In this document: piece after piece, positions 11,854 through 22,366 of the stretch
How positions within the stretch are numbered: position 1 is the stretch's first letter
Layout of the letters: every line of letters begins with the position of its first letter
Assembly: GCA_036524985.1 (NCBI GenBank)
Contig: DATDBH010000209.1
Location: 10,742 to 74,741, forward strand
Source of the DNA: Microlunatus sp.
GTDB taxonomy: Bacteria; Actinomycetota; Actinomycetes; Propionibacteriales; Propionibacteriaceae
DNA length: 64,000 nucleotides
Direction: 5' to 3'
Notes under the pieces: model-generated
What the model was told of the DNA's origin: nothing
The model's input: the letters and a program-made list of their open reading frames with translations, nothing else
The model's database searches: none
Program-made: the position numbers and the translations under genes

Positions 11854-12279
11854 ATGTCGACTCGCCGCAGGGACCGTCACCAGCGCGGTCTGCGCGGGCC
11901 GCTCGCCCTGCCCAACCCGTACGGAGGTCGGGCTCGGCCACCGCGGCCCGCCGGTCGTGCCGACTTCTTCGACGACTCGGTGCACTCAGCGGTCGACCGG
12001 ATCGCGGTCGTCTGCCCGGACGCCCTGGTGGGCGTCACCTTCGGGATCGAGGACGTGCCCGCGCTGCCGCCGTCCTGGGCGGGTGACCGGGTCCCGCTGG
12101 CCGCGGCCGTGGAGGCCGACGCCGAGCGGATGGCGCAGGTGGTCGTCTACCGGCGACCCCTGGAGCACCGCGCCGCCAGTCGGCGGGGACTGCGGATCCT
12201 GGTCCACCGCACGATCGTGGAGCAGCTGTCGGCGCTGACCGGCCGTCCGATCAGCGACTTCGACGCCGAGGACGAGTGA
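11854..12279 (+). CDS. zincin-like metallopeptidase family protein
   Basis: RRRDRHQRGLRGP, IEDVP and VVYRRPLE motifs; divergent from DUF3499 as in other actinobacteria. Confidence 0.82.
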   Translation: MSTRRRDRHQRGLRGPLALPNPYGGRARPPRPAGRADFFDDSVHSAVDRIAVVCPDALVGVTFGIEDVPALPPSWAGDRVPLAAAVEADAERMAQVVVYRRPLEHRAASRRGLRILVHRTIVEQLSALTGRPISDFDAEDE

Positions 12280-12285
12280 GAGTCG

Positions 12286-13740
12286 TCAGCGGCCGACGGT
12301 CGGGTCGAACTCCACCTGCGGCGCCCGGCCGGCGACGTCTGGTGAGGTGACCGGCACCGTGGCCACGCCGGCGATGCCGCCCGAGGACGCGAGGAACGTC
12401 ACACCACCCATCACGGTGGCGTCCGGCGGGACCGACACCACGAGGTAGGCGGCCTCCCCCACATCCAGTCGGCGGGTCGCTGTCGCGTGCGGGACCAGCA
12501 GCACGTCGTCGTCGTCGATCTTGACGCCGTCGTAGCCGTACACCTCGAAGGTCAGGGCGACGTCGCCGTCGCCGCCGTTGCTGAGCACGAGCTCGGCCTC
12601 GGTCTTGTCGAGATGGACCAGCGGCACGACGCCGGTCCGCACGATCGGCGCGGTGGCGGATGGGACGGCGAGGTCGGGCAGCGCCTCGGTGCCGATCGCC
12701 TCGGCGAGGACCGAGCCGGTCACCGGCTGGTCGCTCGTCAGCTGGATCCCCGCCGCGGCCCCGGCCAGCCCGGCCGCCACCGAGATCTCCGCGGTGCTCT
12801 CCGGCGGCACCTCGAGCTTCTCGGCACCGGCCGGCGCGAAGGCTCCGTCGACGCCGAGCACCATCACCGACACCGTGGCCCGGTCGCCACCGGGATTGGC
12901 GACGACGAGGGTCCGGGAACCGGCGCCCTCGGGGATCCCCGGGATGACGACGGATCGCGCCGGGGCGACCGCGGCGAGCTGCCAGTCCGCGCCGGTGGGC
13001 TCGAAGTCGACGCTGCGTCGGTCCAACGCCACGGCTGACACGCGACCCGTGCTGGCACGGACCGAGACGGTGAGTGGTCCGTCGACGGTGACCAGGGTGT
13101 CCAACGAGACCGTACGGCTGCTGCCGCCGTCGACGACCAGACCGGGGCTGCCCGGCACGACGACCAGACCGTTGCGTCCGAAGAACCGCAGATCCACCTC
13201 GGCCTGGCCGGCGTCGGGGTTGGTCAGCACCAGATCCGTCCGGTACGTGGCGCTGGCTCCGACGCCGACGAACCAGTGCTCGGTGGCCGGCGCCGCGCAG
13301 GTGGCCGCCATCAGCCCGGACTGGTCGCCCTTGGTGGCGCGGCTGGTCACCATGCCGCTGCCGGCGGAGGCCATCACACCCTCGCCGGTGAGCACGACCG
13401 GCGTGTCGGGGGCGGTCTGCTGGTCGCCGAAGCCCTGCCGGTCGACCGTCAGCAGCGGCGACGTCGACCCGATCGGGGTGCCGGTCAGCGTGCCCTCCCG
13501 ACCCGGCGCCTTGCGGACGGCGACGGCCGAGACGGTCGCGGTGGCGTCGGCGGCCGGCGAGGTCGTGCAGACGGTGGTGGTGCGCCCGACGAGGGGCGAC
13601 TGGCTGGGCTTGAACGGTGCTGCTTCGGGTCGGATCAAGGTGCCGCCGACCGCCACCAGGGCGACGGCCACCAGGGCGACGCCGACGGTGAGCAGCCGCC
13701 GCAGGGTGCTGGCCGGGGTGCGGCGGGCGGCGGGGCTCAC
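12286..13740 (-). CDS. DUF5719 family secreted/membrane-anchored protein
   Basis: N-terminal TM helix, C...WFVG...LVLTNP repeats; GTGA overlap with the upstream glycosyltransferase. Confidence 0.8.
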   Translation of the reverse strand: MSPAARRTPASTLRRLLTVGVALVAVALVAVGGTLIRPEAAPFKPSQSPLVGRTTTVCTTSPAADATATVSAVAVRKAPGREGTLTGTPIGSTSPLLTVDRQGFGDQQTAPDTPVVLTGEGVMASAGSGMVTSRATKGDQSGLMAATCAAPATEHWFVGVGASATYRTDLVLTNPDAGQAEVDLRFFGRNGLVVVPGSPGLVVDGGSSRTVSLDTLVTVDGPLTVSVRASTGRVSAVALDRRSVDFEPTGADWQLAAVAPARSVVIPGIPEGAGSRTLVVANPGGDRATVSVMVLGVDGAFAPAGAEKLEVPPESTAEISVAAGLAGAAAGIQLTSDQPVTGSVLAEAIGTEALPDLAVPSATAPIVRTGVVPLVHLDKTEAELVLSNGGDGDVALTFEVYGYDGVKIDDDDVLLVPHATATRRLDVGEAAYLVVSVPPDATVMGGVTFLASSGGIAGVATVPVTSPDVAGRAPQVEFDPTVGR

Positions 13741-16700
13741 TGCGCTCGACCTCCCACGAACGCCGCACGCCGCGCGGTGCGGACGGGATCTCGCACCTCC
13801 GGACGCCGGATGCCCGGCGCTGCCAGGACCAGCCCGACCGCGACCACGACACCTTGGCCGATGAGCAGCCACAACGTCGGCGAGGCGAGGTGGAACGACA
13901 CCGTTCCGCCGCCGGTCGGCAGCTGGAAGGCCTGCTGCCACCCCTGGGTCACCGGCGTCAGAGCCACACCGTCGGAACTCGCCCGCCAGCGCGGGTCGGC
14001 CGCTTCGCCCAGCCGGAGCTGCCGATCGGCACCACCCGGCGGGACCACCGGCGGCAGTGACTCGACGCCCGTGGCCTGCTCCCCCTCGGCCACGGTGACC
14101 CGGGTGACGGCCGGTTGCAGCTGCCAGACCGTGGCCGTCTCGCTCCCACTGGCCGTGCCCAGCGCCGGCGTGTTGTCGATCCGCGCGATCTCCTCGGTGG
14201 TCGCGCCGGTCACCCACACGTACCCGATGCCGAGGTTGCGCAGCTGAGGGGCGATGTCGGAGTCGGCCGTGCCGGCCACGAGCCGCTGGACCAGATCGCC
14301 GACCTGGTCCGGCGCCGCCGTCGAGCCGCCGAAGGCGAAGCCACGATCCGCGTCCCCCGACCGCAGCTGGTCGCCGGAGACGACCGAGTAGTGCACCTCC
14401 CCGGCGGGCGCCGTGGCGTGTTGGAGGTCGATGGCGAGCACCCGCACTCCCGCATCGGACAGCATCGCGTTCTGCAGGTACGGCGGCAGCGCATCCAGTC
14501 GCTGCCGGTCGATCGGTCCGGCCGCCCCGGCCCAGATCCACCACCCGGCCGAGCCCAGCACGGTGAGGACCACGAGCAGTCCGGCGATCACGCTCGTGGG
14601 CTGCTGCCAACCGAAGCTGCGCTCGTGCAGCTCGGCGGCGAGTCCGTCCACGCCCACGGCGGCCGCCAGCACCAGGGCCCCGAAGGCGATCAGCAGGTAG
14701 GCCCCGGTCCAGGGACGGATCTCGGTGCCCGTCGGTGGCACGGCGACGACCAGCCGACTCAGCAGGACCGCACCGAGCAGGCCGGTCACCGCGGCCACCC
14801 AGGAGCCGACGACCACCGCCCCCCGGGGGCGGCGGGACAGCCCGACGACGGCTACCACCCAGATCGCTCCGAACGCCATCGCACCGAGCCACAGCGGCGG
14901 GAGGCCGGGACCGACCTCTCGCCCGATCAGCAGCTCCCAGACCTCGGGCGCCGCACCGGCGGCGACGAGCGCGGCGTCCGGTCCGGCGAACAGCCGGCCC
15001 GGAAAGGCGATCAGCGCGGGCCACCACGGTGCCCAGACCAGCAGCGGCAGGCCCACGGCCAGACCGATCCGGCCGACCTTGCGGGGCGTCCGCCGCAGCC
15101 AGACGGCCCCGACCGCACCGAGCACGATCGCGACCAGGATCAGGGAGGGCTCGAACGCGGTCAGCCCGACGAGCACCACACCGGCAGCCCAGCCACCCCG
15201 CCACGCCTCGGGAGCGCGGGGGCGGCGCTGCACCAGGCCGCGCACGGCCAGCACGAGCATCGGCAGCAGGACAGCGACGACGCTGAGGGCCAACCGTCCC
15301 TGGTTGGTGCCGCCGAGCAGAACCGGCAGCAGGGCATAGGCGACAGCAGCGCAGATCCGTACCCGACGATCGTCGACGGTCGTCCGGAGCAGTGGGTAGA
15401 CGGCGAGGTAGGCCAGCGGGACGACACCCAGGAGCAGGGCGGAGACGAGCCACTCCGGTTGACCGGCCAGGATGGTCGAGCCCAGCGCCATCAGGGCCAG
15501 CCACGGCGGCGGCGCCACGCCCGGGGCACCGGGAATCGGGCTGGCAGCCGACTGCCACAGCTCACTCAGCCGATCCGGAGCCGGCAGCAGAGCCGGGGCG
15601 TCCAGGTGACCGAATCCGAACAGGGAGCGGGCGGCGACGAGGCTCGCCAGCAGGAGCAGTCCGCCCACGATCACCATGGGCACGAGCAGCGGGTGGTTGG
15701 AGCGATCCTCACCGACGGTGGAGAAGTCGTCACCGGTCAGCTCGTCCAGCGTCGCGGCCTCGGAGTCGCCGGCCAGCTCGCGGTAACGATCGGAGACCGT
15801 GCCGGTCAACGACTCGACGGCGAGGCGCAGACTCCACCACCAGGGCGGTCGCAGGGTGGAGATCAGCTCGGCGCTGTCGTTCTCGGTTCGTCGCTGCCGC
15901 AGCCGCCGTCGGTAGGCCCGGATCCGGCCCGGGTGCGTGACCAGCCAGCCGAGGGTGGCCAGCTCGTCACGAGACCGGGCTGGAGCCTTGCCGACCAGGT
16001 AGCCCAGGGCCCGGATCAGGCAGTCCAGGACGAGTCGCAACCAGGTGAACGGCAACCGCCAGGTCTGTGCGTGACCGGCGATCAGCAGCAGCCCGAGCTG
16101 CTGGTCGACGCGATCGGGGTGCCGTCCGCCGGCGCCTCGCGGCCGGAGCCCGGCCCGCCCCACCTGGCGGTGCACCATCTCCGCGCGCGGAGTGGTGACG
16201 ACCCGGAGACCACGGGCCGTCGCCCGCCACCCCAGCTCGACCCCGTCCCGGAAGCAGGGCACGTCCGGGTCTAACCCGTCGAGGGCCTCCCAGTCGGCGA
16301 GCCGCAGCAACATCCCGCAGGTGGAGACACCGAGGTGCTGCTTCGGCTGGTCGCGCTGTCCCTGGTCGACCTCGCCGAGATCGAGACCGAGCTCGCGGCG
16401 ACCCGTCCGGGCGATCGTCACCCCGACCTCGCTGATCTGATGACCGGCGCCGTGACGACGCCGCGGAAACACCAGCTTGGGACCGGTGATGTCGACGCCC
16501 GGGTCGGTGACCACGTGTCCCAGCAGCTGCTGGAGGGAGTCGGCCGCCGGGACGGCGTCGTCGTGCAACAGCCAGAGCCAGTGATCCCGCCCGGGGCCGG
16601 CCGGCCCGGGTGGCCTGATGTCGGCCTCGGCGGCCAGCGCCGCGACCACGCCAGCACCGAAACCGCCGTGCGGAGGTCCGGTGACAACGGCGTCGAGCAG

Positions 16701-17018
16701 TCCGTGGCGCTGCGCCCGCTCGAGCAGTTCGACGGTGTTGTCGCGGCTGCCGTTGTCGACCGCGATCAGCCGGTGGGGCTTGTGGGTGAGTCGGGAGAGC
16801 CCGGCGAGGGTCTCGGGCAGCCAGGCCTCGGCGTCCAGGGTGACCAGCACGGCGGTGACGACGCAGTGGGAGACATCCGGCGGGGCGGCAGCATCGTGGC
16901 GATCGGCCAGCCAGGCCCAGCGGTCGGCTTCGTCCTCGACGTGCGGGACCCGCAGGTCGTCCCAGCTGTCGGCCGTCGCCTGCCGGAGCGGGCGCCCCTC
17001 ACTCACCTCGTCGTCCAT
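13737..17018 (-). CDS. large membrane-bound family 2 glycosyltransferase
   Basis: AVDNGSRD, WLWLLHDD, GPKL, then many TM segments; typical gene downstream of whiB. Confidence 0.88.
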   Translation of the reverse strand: MDDEVSEGRPLRQATADSWDDLRVPHVEDEADRWAWLADRHDAAAPPDVSHCVVTAVLVTLDAEAWLPETLAGLSRLTHKPHRLIAVDNGSRDNTVELLERAQRHGLLDAVVTGPPHGGFGAGVVAALAAEADIRPPGPAGPGRDHWLWLLHDDAVPAADSLQQLLGHVVTDPGVDITGPKLVFPRRRHGAGHQISEVGVTIARTGRRELGLDLGEVDQGQRDQPKQHLGVSTCGMLLRLADWEALDGLDPDVPCFRDGVELGWRATARGLRVVTTPRAEMVHRQVGRAGLRPRGAGGRHPDRVDQQLGLLLIAGHAQTWRLPFTWLRLVLDCLIRALGYLVGKAPARSRDELATLGWLVTHPGRIRAYRRRLRQRRTENDSAELISTLRPPWWWSLRLAVESLTGTVSDRYRELAGDSEAATLDELTGDDFSTVGEDRSNHPLLVPMVIVGGLLLLASLVAARSLFGFGHLDAPALLPAPDRLSELWQSAASPIPGAPGVAPPPWLALMALGSTILAGQPEWLVSALLLGVVPLAYLAVYPLLRTTVDDRRVRICAAVAYALLPVLLGGTNQGRLALSVVAVLLPMLVLAVRGLVQRRPRAPEAWRGGWAAGVVLVGLTAFEPSLILVAIVLGAVGAVWLRRTPRKVGRIGLAVGLPLLVWAPWWPALIAFPGRLFAGPDAALVAAGAAPEVWELLIGREVGPGLPPLWLGAMAFGAIWVVAVVGLSRRPRGAVVVGSWVAAVTGLLGAVLLSRLVVAVPPTGTEIRPWTGAYLLIAFGALVLAAAVGVDGLAAELHERSFGWQQPTSVIAGLLVVLTVLGSAGWWIWAGAAGPIDRQRLDALPPYLQNAMLSDAGVRVLAIDLQHATAPAGEVHYSVVSGDQLRSGDADRGFAFGGSTAAPDQVGDLVQRLVAGTADSDIAPQLRNLGIGYVWVTGATTEEIARIDNTPALGTASGSETATVWQLQPAVTRVTVAEGEQATGVESLPPVVPPGGADRQLRLGEAADPRWRASSDGVALTPVTQGWQQAFQLPTGGGTVSFHLASPTLWLLIGQGVVVAVGLVLAAPGIRRPEVRDPVRTARRAAFVGGRAQ

Positions 17019-17198
17019 GAGTGTCGGGAGAACCTCGCGAGAGTCGTACGGCAGATGATGCGGCCCGCGCTCAGGCGCAGGGCGACGACCACTGTATGCG
17101 AACTCGCGAAGAGTCCCGCATTCTCTCGACCGGGGCCACGGCTCGACGCCATCCGCCGGCAGACGACTGGGGAGGGTCCGTCTGCTCGCGGCCGCGGA

Positions 17199-17450
17199 TC
17201 AGACCGCGCGCTTCTTCAGCTTGCGTCGCTCGCGCTCCGACAGCCCGCCCCAGATGCCGAATCGCTCATCGTGGCCGAGGGCGTACTCCAGGCACTCCGA
17301 GCGGACGTCGCAGGACAGGCAGACCTTCTTCGCCTCCCGCGTAGAACCGCCCTTCTCGGGGAAGAAGGCCTCCGGATCCGTCTGTGCGCACAACGCTCGC
17401 TCCTGCCAGCTCAGCGCGCCTTCGTCGACCTCAGCTTCTTCGTGCTCCAT
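17199..17450 (-). CDS. whiB: WhiB family transcriptional regulator (WhiB/WhiB2 ortholog)
   Basis: WQERALCAQTDPEAFFPEKGGSTREAKKVC..C...C...GIWGGLSERERR. Confidence 0.96.
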   Translation of the reverse strand: MEHEEAEVDEGALSWQERALCAQTDPEAFFPEKGGSTREAKKVCLSCDVRSECLEYALGHDERFGIWGGLSERERRKLKKRAV

Positions 17451-17722
17451 GTGTTGCCTCCTCGACCCCGGGTGTCATTGCCTGCCGAGGGGTTCGCGGC
17501 CCCACCGGCGATCATGCGTCGACCGAACGACCTCCCCCGGCGCTCCCGCGGCGTCGGTGCTGGTCACGATCGAACAACATGGGTGAAATTACACGCCCGT
17601 AAATGCACCCAAGTCAAGGCCGAGTTTGGTATTGGGCCCGTTTGCCCCCACGGCCGGCATGCGATAAGGGCCCGCCCATTGGTGTGACCGGCGTACATTT
17701 CGCGGCCCAAGTGCCCCCGCGC

Positions 17723-18505
17723 TCAGCGCAGATCGTCGTCCTCGGCGGCGGTGAGCCCGGGGACTTGGGTCGGAGCGGGGGCCTGGGTCGGAGCGGGGGC
17801 CTGCGTCGGAGCGGGAGCCCAGGAGCCGCGCCCCACCGCACCTGCGCTCGCCGGCGGATCCGACCAGGACAGTCCCGGCTGCCCCTGAGCGGCGTCGTCG
17901 GCGGTCAGCCAGACGGCGCCGGTCGCCTCGTCGGCCTGCCAGGCGGCCGGCAGCCGCTCGGGAGCCGCTGTCACGGCGGGGACGTCCTCGTCGCTGTCCC
18001 CCGCCGACGTCGTCAGCGCGGACAGCGCGCCAGTCGGCGCGCGCGCCGCTGCGGTTCGGCGCACGGCGAGGACGACCGCCCCGAGGGCGGCCACCGGCAC
18101 GGCGAGCCGGAGCAGTCCCTCGACCACCATCAGCACGAACCCGGTGTCGGGGGTGGGCCGGGCGGTGAGCACCACCACGTTCGCTCCGGCCAGCACGACC
18201 CAGCCCAGCACGGTCAGCCCGATGATCACGACGCCGGCCAGCGAGATCGCCCAGGCGTGCGGACTCGGCGCCGACGGCGGATCGTCGGACCCCGCGACCG
18301 TCACCGGGAACGAGCACCACAAGACGGCGGCCGCGGCCGCCAGCAGCAGCAGGTCGTCGCCGCCGGGGATCGCCCCGTAGAACCTGCCCGGATCGCCGAG
18401 GGCGAACGTCAGGCCGAGACCGACTCCCCGCACCACGAGCATCAGTCCGAGCGCGACCAGCAGCACGATCGCGAGCGGCTCACGCCACCGGTGCCAGGGC
18501 TGCAT
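17723..18505 (-). CDS. hypothetical membrane protein with C-terminal APTQAP repeats
   Basis: Four hydrophobic segments, then W..DEATGAVW.TA.DAA.G; 18-bp tandem repeat at about 17766-17815. Confidence 0.65.
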   Translation of the reverse strand: MQPWHRWREPLAIVLLVALGLMLVVRGVGLGLTFALGDPGRFYGAIPGGDDLLLLAAAAAVLWCSFPVTVAGSDDPPSAPSPHAWAISLAGVVIIGLTVLGWVVLAGANVVVLTARPTPDTGFVLMVVEGLLRLAVPVAALGAVVLAVRRTAAARAPTGALSALTTSAGDSDEDVPAVTAAPERLPAAWQADEATGAVWLTADDAAQGQPGLSWSDPPASAGAVGRGSWAPAPTQAPAPTQAPAPTQVPGLTAAEDDDLR

Positions 18506-18546
18506 GCCGCTCACCCTAGTGCGCGACCCGTGGAACACTGGGCGCC

Positions 18547-19527
18547 GTGCAGGTGGTGGTGCTGGCCGGTGGTGTCGGGGGGTCGCGGTTCGTGGCGGGG
18601 GTGCGCCAGGCCTACCCGCAGGCGCGGCTGACGGTGATCGTCAACACCGCCGACGACATCACCCTGCACGGTCTGCGCATCTGCCCCGACCTCGACACCA
18701 TGACCTACACGCTGGGCGGCGGGATCGACCCGGACCGCGGCTGGGGCCGGGCCGGCGAGACCTGGCGGGTCAAGGACGAGCTCGCGGCGTACGGGGTGGA
18801 GCCCACCTGGTTCGGTCTCGGCGATCTGGACCTGGCCACGCACCTCGCCCGGACGCAGCTGCTGGCCGCCGGGCTGCCGCTGTCCGACGTCACTCGTCGG
18901 GTCACCGCCCGCTGGCTGCGCCACGATCCGCTGCTCACGCTGCTGCCGATGACCGACGACACGGTGGAGACGGAGGTCGCGATCGCCGATCCCGAGGCTC
19001 CCGGCGGCCGACAGTGGCTGCACTTCCAGGAGTACTGGGTACGGCTGCGCGCCGCCCCCGACGCACTGGGCCTGCGGCGGACGGGGATCGAGTCGACCCA
19101 CCCGGCCCCCGGGGTCGCCGAGGCCGTCGCCGCCGCCGACCTGGTGCTGGTCGCGCCCAGCAACCCGGTGGTCTCGATCGGCCCCATCCTCGAGGTTCCG
19201 GGCATCCGAGCTGCGCTGGTCGCCACCACCGCACCGGTGATCGGGTTCGCCGGCATCCTCGGTGGCGCGCCGGTGCTCGGGATGGCCCACCGGCTGCTGC
19301 CGGCCATCGGCGTCGCGGTCGACGCCGCGGCGGTCGGGCGCCACTACGGGGCACGCCCCGACGGGGTGCTCGACCTGTGGGTGATGGATCCCGCCGACGC
19401 CGACAGCGCCGCCGGGCTGGAGCGGGACGGTCTCCGGGTCGCCGTGACCGGGCTGATGATGAGCAGCCCCGAGGCCACCGCCGAATTCATCCGACTCGCC
19501 GTCAAGGCCCTTCCCCGCAGTCTGTGA
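18547..19527 (+). CDS. cofD: 2-phospho-L-lactate transferase (F420 biosynthesis)
   Basis: LAGGVGGSRF, GLRICPDLDT, WFGLGDLDLATH, HFQEYWV and APSNPVVSIGPIL. Confidence 0.95.
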   Translation: MQVVVLAGGVGGSRFVAGVRQAYPQARLTVIVNTADDITLHGLRICPDLDTMTYTLGGGIDPDRGWGRAGETWRVKDELAAYGVEPTWFGLGDLDLATHLARTQLLAAGLPLSDVTRRVTARWLRHDPLLTLLPMTDDTVETEVAIADPEAPGGRQWLHFQEYWVRLRAAPDALGLRRTGIESTHPAPGVAEAVAAADLVLVAPSNPVVSIGPILEVPGIRAALVATTAPVIGFAGILGGAPVLGMAHRLLPAIGVAVDAAAVGRHYGARPDGVLDLWVMDPADADSAAGLERDGLRVAVTGLMMSSPEATAEFIRLAVKALPRSL

Positions 19528-20450
19528 TGGTGCTGCTGTTCGCCCCCGACGGGATCGGGGAGGTCGGTCCCGGCACCGAGCTGGTCGCCGCCATCACCGC
19601 GGCGGTGGCTACCGACGTCCACGGTCCGCTGCGGCCGGGCGACATCGTCGTGGTCACATCCAAGATCATCAGCAAGGCCGAGGACCGGTACGTCGAGGCC
19701 GCGGACCGCGAGACCGCCATCACCAGTCAGGCCCGGTCGGTGGTCGCCCAGCGCGGCCCGATGCGGATCGTTCGGACCCACACCGGCCTCACCCTGGCTG
19801 CGGCCGGAGTCGACACCTCCAATGTCGAACCCGGCCGCATCCTGCTGCTGCCCGTCGACCCGGACGCCTCCGCCGAGCGACTGGCCGCCGGCCTCGGCGA
19901 GGCCGTCGGCGGTCAGGTCGGGGTGATCGTCTCCGACACCGCGGGCCGTCCCTGGCGGCTCGGTCAGACCGACCACGCGATCGGCGCGGCCGGGGTGCGG
20001 GTGCTCGCGGCGTACGCCGGCCAGCTGGACGGCTACGGCAACGAGCTCGCGGTGACCACGATGGCCCTGGCCGACGAGCTGGCCGCCGCCGCCGATCTGG
20101 TCAAGGGCAAGCTGGCCGGGCGACCGGTGGCGGTGCTGCGCGGGCTGGCCGAGCTCGTCGGGCCACAGCCCGCCGAGAGAGAGGGTGCGGCCGCGATCCT
20201 GCGGACCGGTCGCGAGGACCTGTTCAGCCACGGCTCCCGGGAGGCCGTGCTCGCCGCTCTCTGTCGCGCACTGGAGGTGCCGGAGGCGTACGCGGAGCTG
20301 GTCGGCGCCGACCCCGAGAGTGCCGCGGAGGCGCTGCTCGCGCAGGGGGCCGTGCCCGGGGATCCGGCGACGCTGATCCGTCGGCTGCTGGACGTCGCCC
20401 AGCACCTGGGCGGATCCGAGCCCACCGGATCGGCGGCTCCGCCGGGATAG
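19527..20450 (+). CDS. cofE: coenzyme F420-0:L-glutamate ligase
   Basis: VVTSKIISKAE, AAAGVDTSN, LLPVDPDASA, SDTAGRPWR and ADELAAAADLVKGK; TGATG overlap with cofD. Confidence 0.93.
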   Translation: MVLLFAPDGIGEVGPGTELVAAITAAVATDVHGPLRPGDIVVVTSKIISKAEDRYVEAADRETAITSQARSVVAQRGPMRIVRTHTGLTLAAAGVDTSNVEPGRILLLPVDPDASAERLAAGLGEAVGGQVGVIVSDTAGRPWRLGQTDHAIGAAGVRVLAAYAGQLDGYGNELAVTTMALADELAAAADLVKGKLAGRPVAVLRGLAELVGPQPAEREGAAAILRTGREDLFSHGSREAVLAALCRALEVPEAYAELVGADPESAAEALLAQGAVPGDPATLIRRLLDVAQHLGGSEPTGSAAPPG

Positions 20451-20510
20451 ACTCCCGGGGTTTGTCCGTTGTCCCGGGCAGCATCTCGCCCGACCACACG
20501 AGGAGATCCC

Positions 20511-21251
20511 GTGGCCAAGGAGCCCGCCAAGTCCTCCGGTGGTAACCGCCGCCAGAAACTGGCCGCCCTGGAGAGCCAGCAGAAGTCCGTGCAGCGGCGC
20601 CGTACGGCCGGCCTGCTGGTCATCTGCGTGGTGCTCGCGGCCGCCCTGCTGTCGTACCCGATCTACCTGGTGGTCAAGGACAGTCAGGCGAGCAGCGCCG
20701 CACTGGTCGATCTCGGCGTGGCGTCCGACGCGGCCGGCTGCGACCCGGCCGCGACGCACCCGGCCTCCGGTAACCAGAACCACGTCGCCGACGGCACCAA
20801 GGTGACCTACGACCGGACGCCCCCGGACTCGGGCCCGCACTACGCCTCGCCGGCGCCGTTCACCAAGCGCTTCTACACCACCGACGACCGCCCGGCGGTG
20901 GAGACCCTGGTGCACAACCTGGAGCACGGCTACACAGTGGTCTGGTATCGCGACAGTGCCCCGCAGGCGGACAAGGACGCCCTGGCGGCGATCGCGAAGA
21001 CGTTCACTTCCGAGGACTACGACCCGAACCAGAAGTTCATCGCCGCCCCCTGGACCGAGGCCGACGGCGCGGGCTTCCCCGACGACAAGTTCGTGGTGCT
21101 GACTCGCTGGACGGCCGACCCGAGGAACCCGGCCGACACCACGAAGCAGCAGGGCGTCCGCCAGCCCTGCACCGCGGTGAGTGGGGCGGCCATCGAGTCG
21201 TTCATGCAGACGTATCCGTCGACGGCGTCCCCAGAACCCAACGGCGCTTGA
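20511..21251 (+). CDS. DUF3105 domain-containing membrane protein
   Basis: TM helix then Y..TPP.SG.HY and LVHNLEHGYTVVWY; AGGAG RBS before GTG 20511. Confidence 0.88.
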   Translation: MAKEPAKSSGGNRRQKLAALESQQKSVQRRRTAGLLVICVVLAAALLSYPIYLVVKDSQASSAALVDLGVASDAAGCDPAATHPASGNQNHVADGTKVTYDRTPPDSGPHYASPAPFTKRFYTTDDRPAVETLVHNLEHGYTVVWYRDSAPQADKDALAAIAKTFTSEDYDPNQKFIAAPWTEADGAGFPDDKFVVLTRWTADPRNPADTTKQQGVRQPCTAVSGAAIESFMQTYPSTASPEPNGA

Positions 21252-21254
21252 GGA

Positions 21255-22334
21255 TCAGGCGTACGTAGGGCCCAGCCGAGCCGTCACCTCGGCCACCAGC
21301 TCCTTCACCCGCTCGGACTCCCCCAGCGGGGCGACGACGGTGATCTGATCCGTCTGCACCATCACGGTGTCGGTCATCCCGATCACCGCGAGCAGCCGCC
21401 CGTCGTCGCACTCGTTCAGCACCAGGTTGTCCCGCGAGCCGACCACGACCGCCGTGCCACTGACGGCATTGCCGTGCTCGTCCCACGGCAGCTGGCGGCG
21501 CAGCGACGGGTAGCCCCCGACGTCGTGCCAGACGATCGGCAGCTGGACGGCCACGACGTGCGCATCGGTACGGCCCTGGGAGGCCGGCTCCATCACGGCG
21601 TAGTCGACGCTGATCCTGGCCAGCATCGGATAGATCTCGGCCAGTCGGCGGGGCTGGGCGGCGAGCTCGGTGACGAGGCGGTGGGTGTCCGGCAGCAGCT
21701 GGCGGAGCTGGTCGAGCACGGTCCGCGCCTGCCAGACGAACATGCCGGCGTTCCACCAGTAGTCGCCGGAATCCAGGTAGCTCTCCGCGGTCGATCGGTC
21801 GGGCTTCTCCTTGAACGCGAGCACCCGCCGCACGTCGGGGTGGCCGGCGAGGGCCTCCCCCTGGTGCAGGTAGCCGTAGCCGGTGTGGGCGGTGGAGGGC
21901 ACCACGCCGAAGGTGACCAGCGCGTTCGGGTCGGCCTCGGCCACCTCGAAGCCCTCGCGCAGCGCCTGCTGGAACGCGGCGGTGGGCCGCATCACGTGGT
22001 CGGAGGCGACGACCGCCATCACGGCGTCCGGGTCACGCTCGGCCAGCACGGCCGCGGTCCAGGCGATGGCGTTCATCGAGTCGCGGCCCTCGGGTTCGCC
22101 GAGGATGTTGCCGGGATCGAGCTCGGGCAGCTCGGCGGCCACCACGTCGGCGTAGTCGGCGCCGGTGCACACCCACACCCTCTCAGGCTCGACCACGCCC
22201 TCCAGCCGCTCGTACGCGAGCCGCAGCAGACTCTGACCGCCGATGATGCGGAGCAGCTGCTTGGGCATGTCCCGGCGCGACAACGGCCACAGCCGCTTCC
22301 CCGAGCCTCCGGCCATGATGAGCACGTGACGCAT
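21255..22334 (-). CDS. manC: mannose-1-phosphate guanylyltransferase
   Basis: IMAGGSGKRLWPLSRRDMPKQLL, EPEGRD, GYGY, FKEKP, WNAGMF and SVDYAVME. Confidence 0.93.
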   Translation of the reverse strand: MRHVLIMAGGSGKRLWPLSRRDMPKQLLRIIGGQSLLRLAYERLEGVVEPERVWVCTGADYADVVAAELPELDPGNILGEPEGRDSMNAIAWTAAVLAERDPDAVMAVVASDHVMRPTAAFQQALREGFEVAEADPNALVTFGVVPSTAHTGYGYLHQGEALAGHPDVRRVLAFKEKPDRSTAESYLDSGDYWWNAGMFVWQARTVLDQLRQLLPDTHRLVTELAAQPRRLAEIYPMLARISVDYAVMEPASQGRTDAHVVAVQLPIVWHDVGGYPSLRRQLPWDEHGNAVSGTAVVVGSRDNLVLNECDDGRLLAVIGMTDTVMVQTDQITVVAPLGESERVKELVAEVTARLGPTYA

Positions 22335-22366
22335 CGCCACAGGTTAGCGGCCCTACGATCACGGTC

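Noticed and set aside
12286-15558. 1090-aa ORF as one giant protein
   Set aside because: Only the part from 13740 down is the DUF5719 gene; the rest overlaps the glycosyltransferase in another frame.
17766-17815. 18-bp tandem repeat
   Set aside because: It encodes a low-complexity APTQAP linker in a membrane protein tail; no sign of further function.
18504-20450. 648-aa ORF suggesting a cofD-cofE fusion
   Set aside because: cofD is in a different frame and ends at 19527, where cofE starts via a TGATG overlap.
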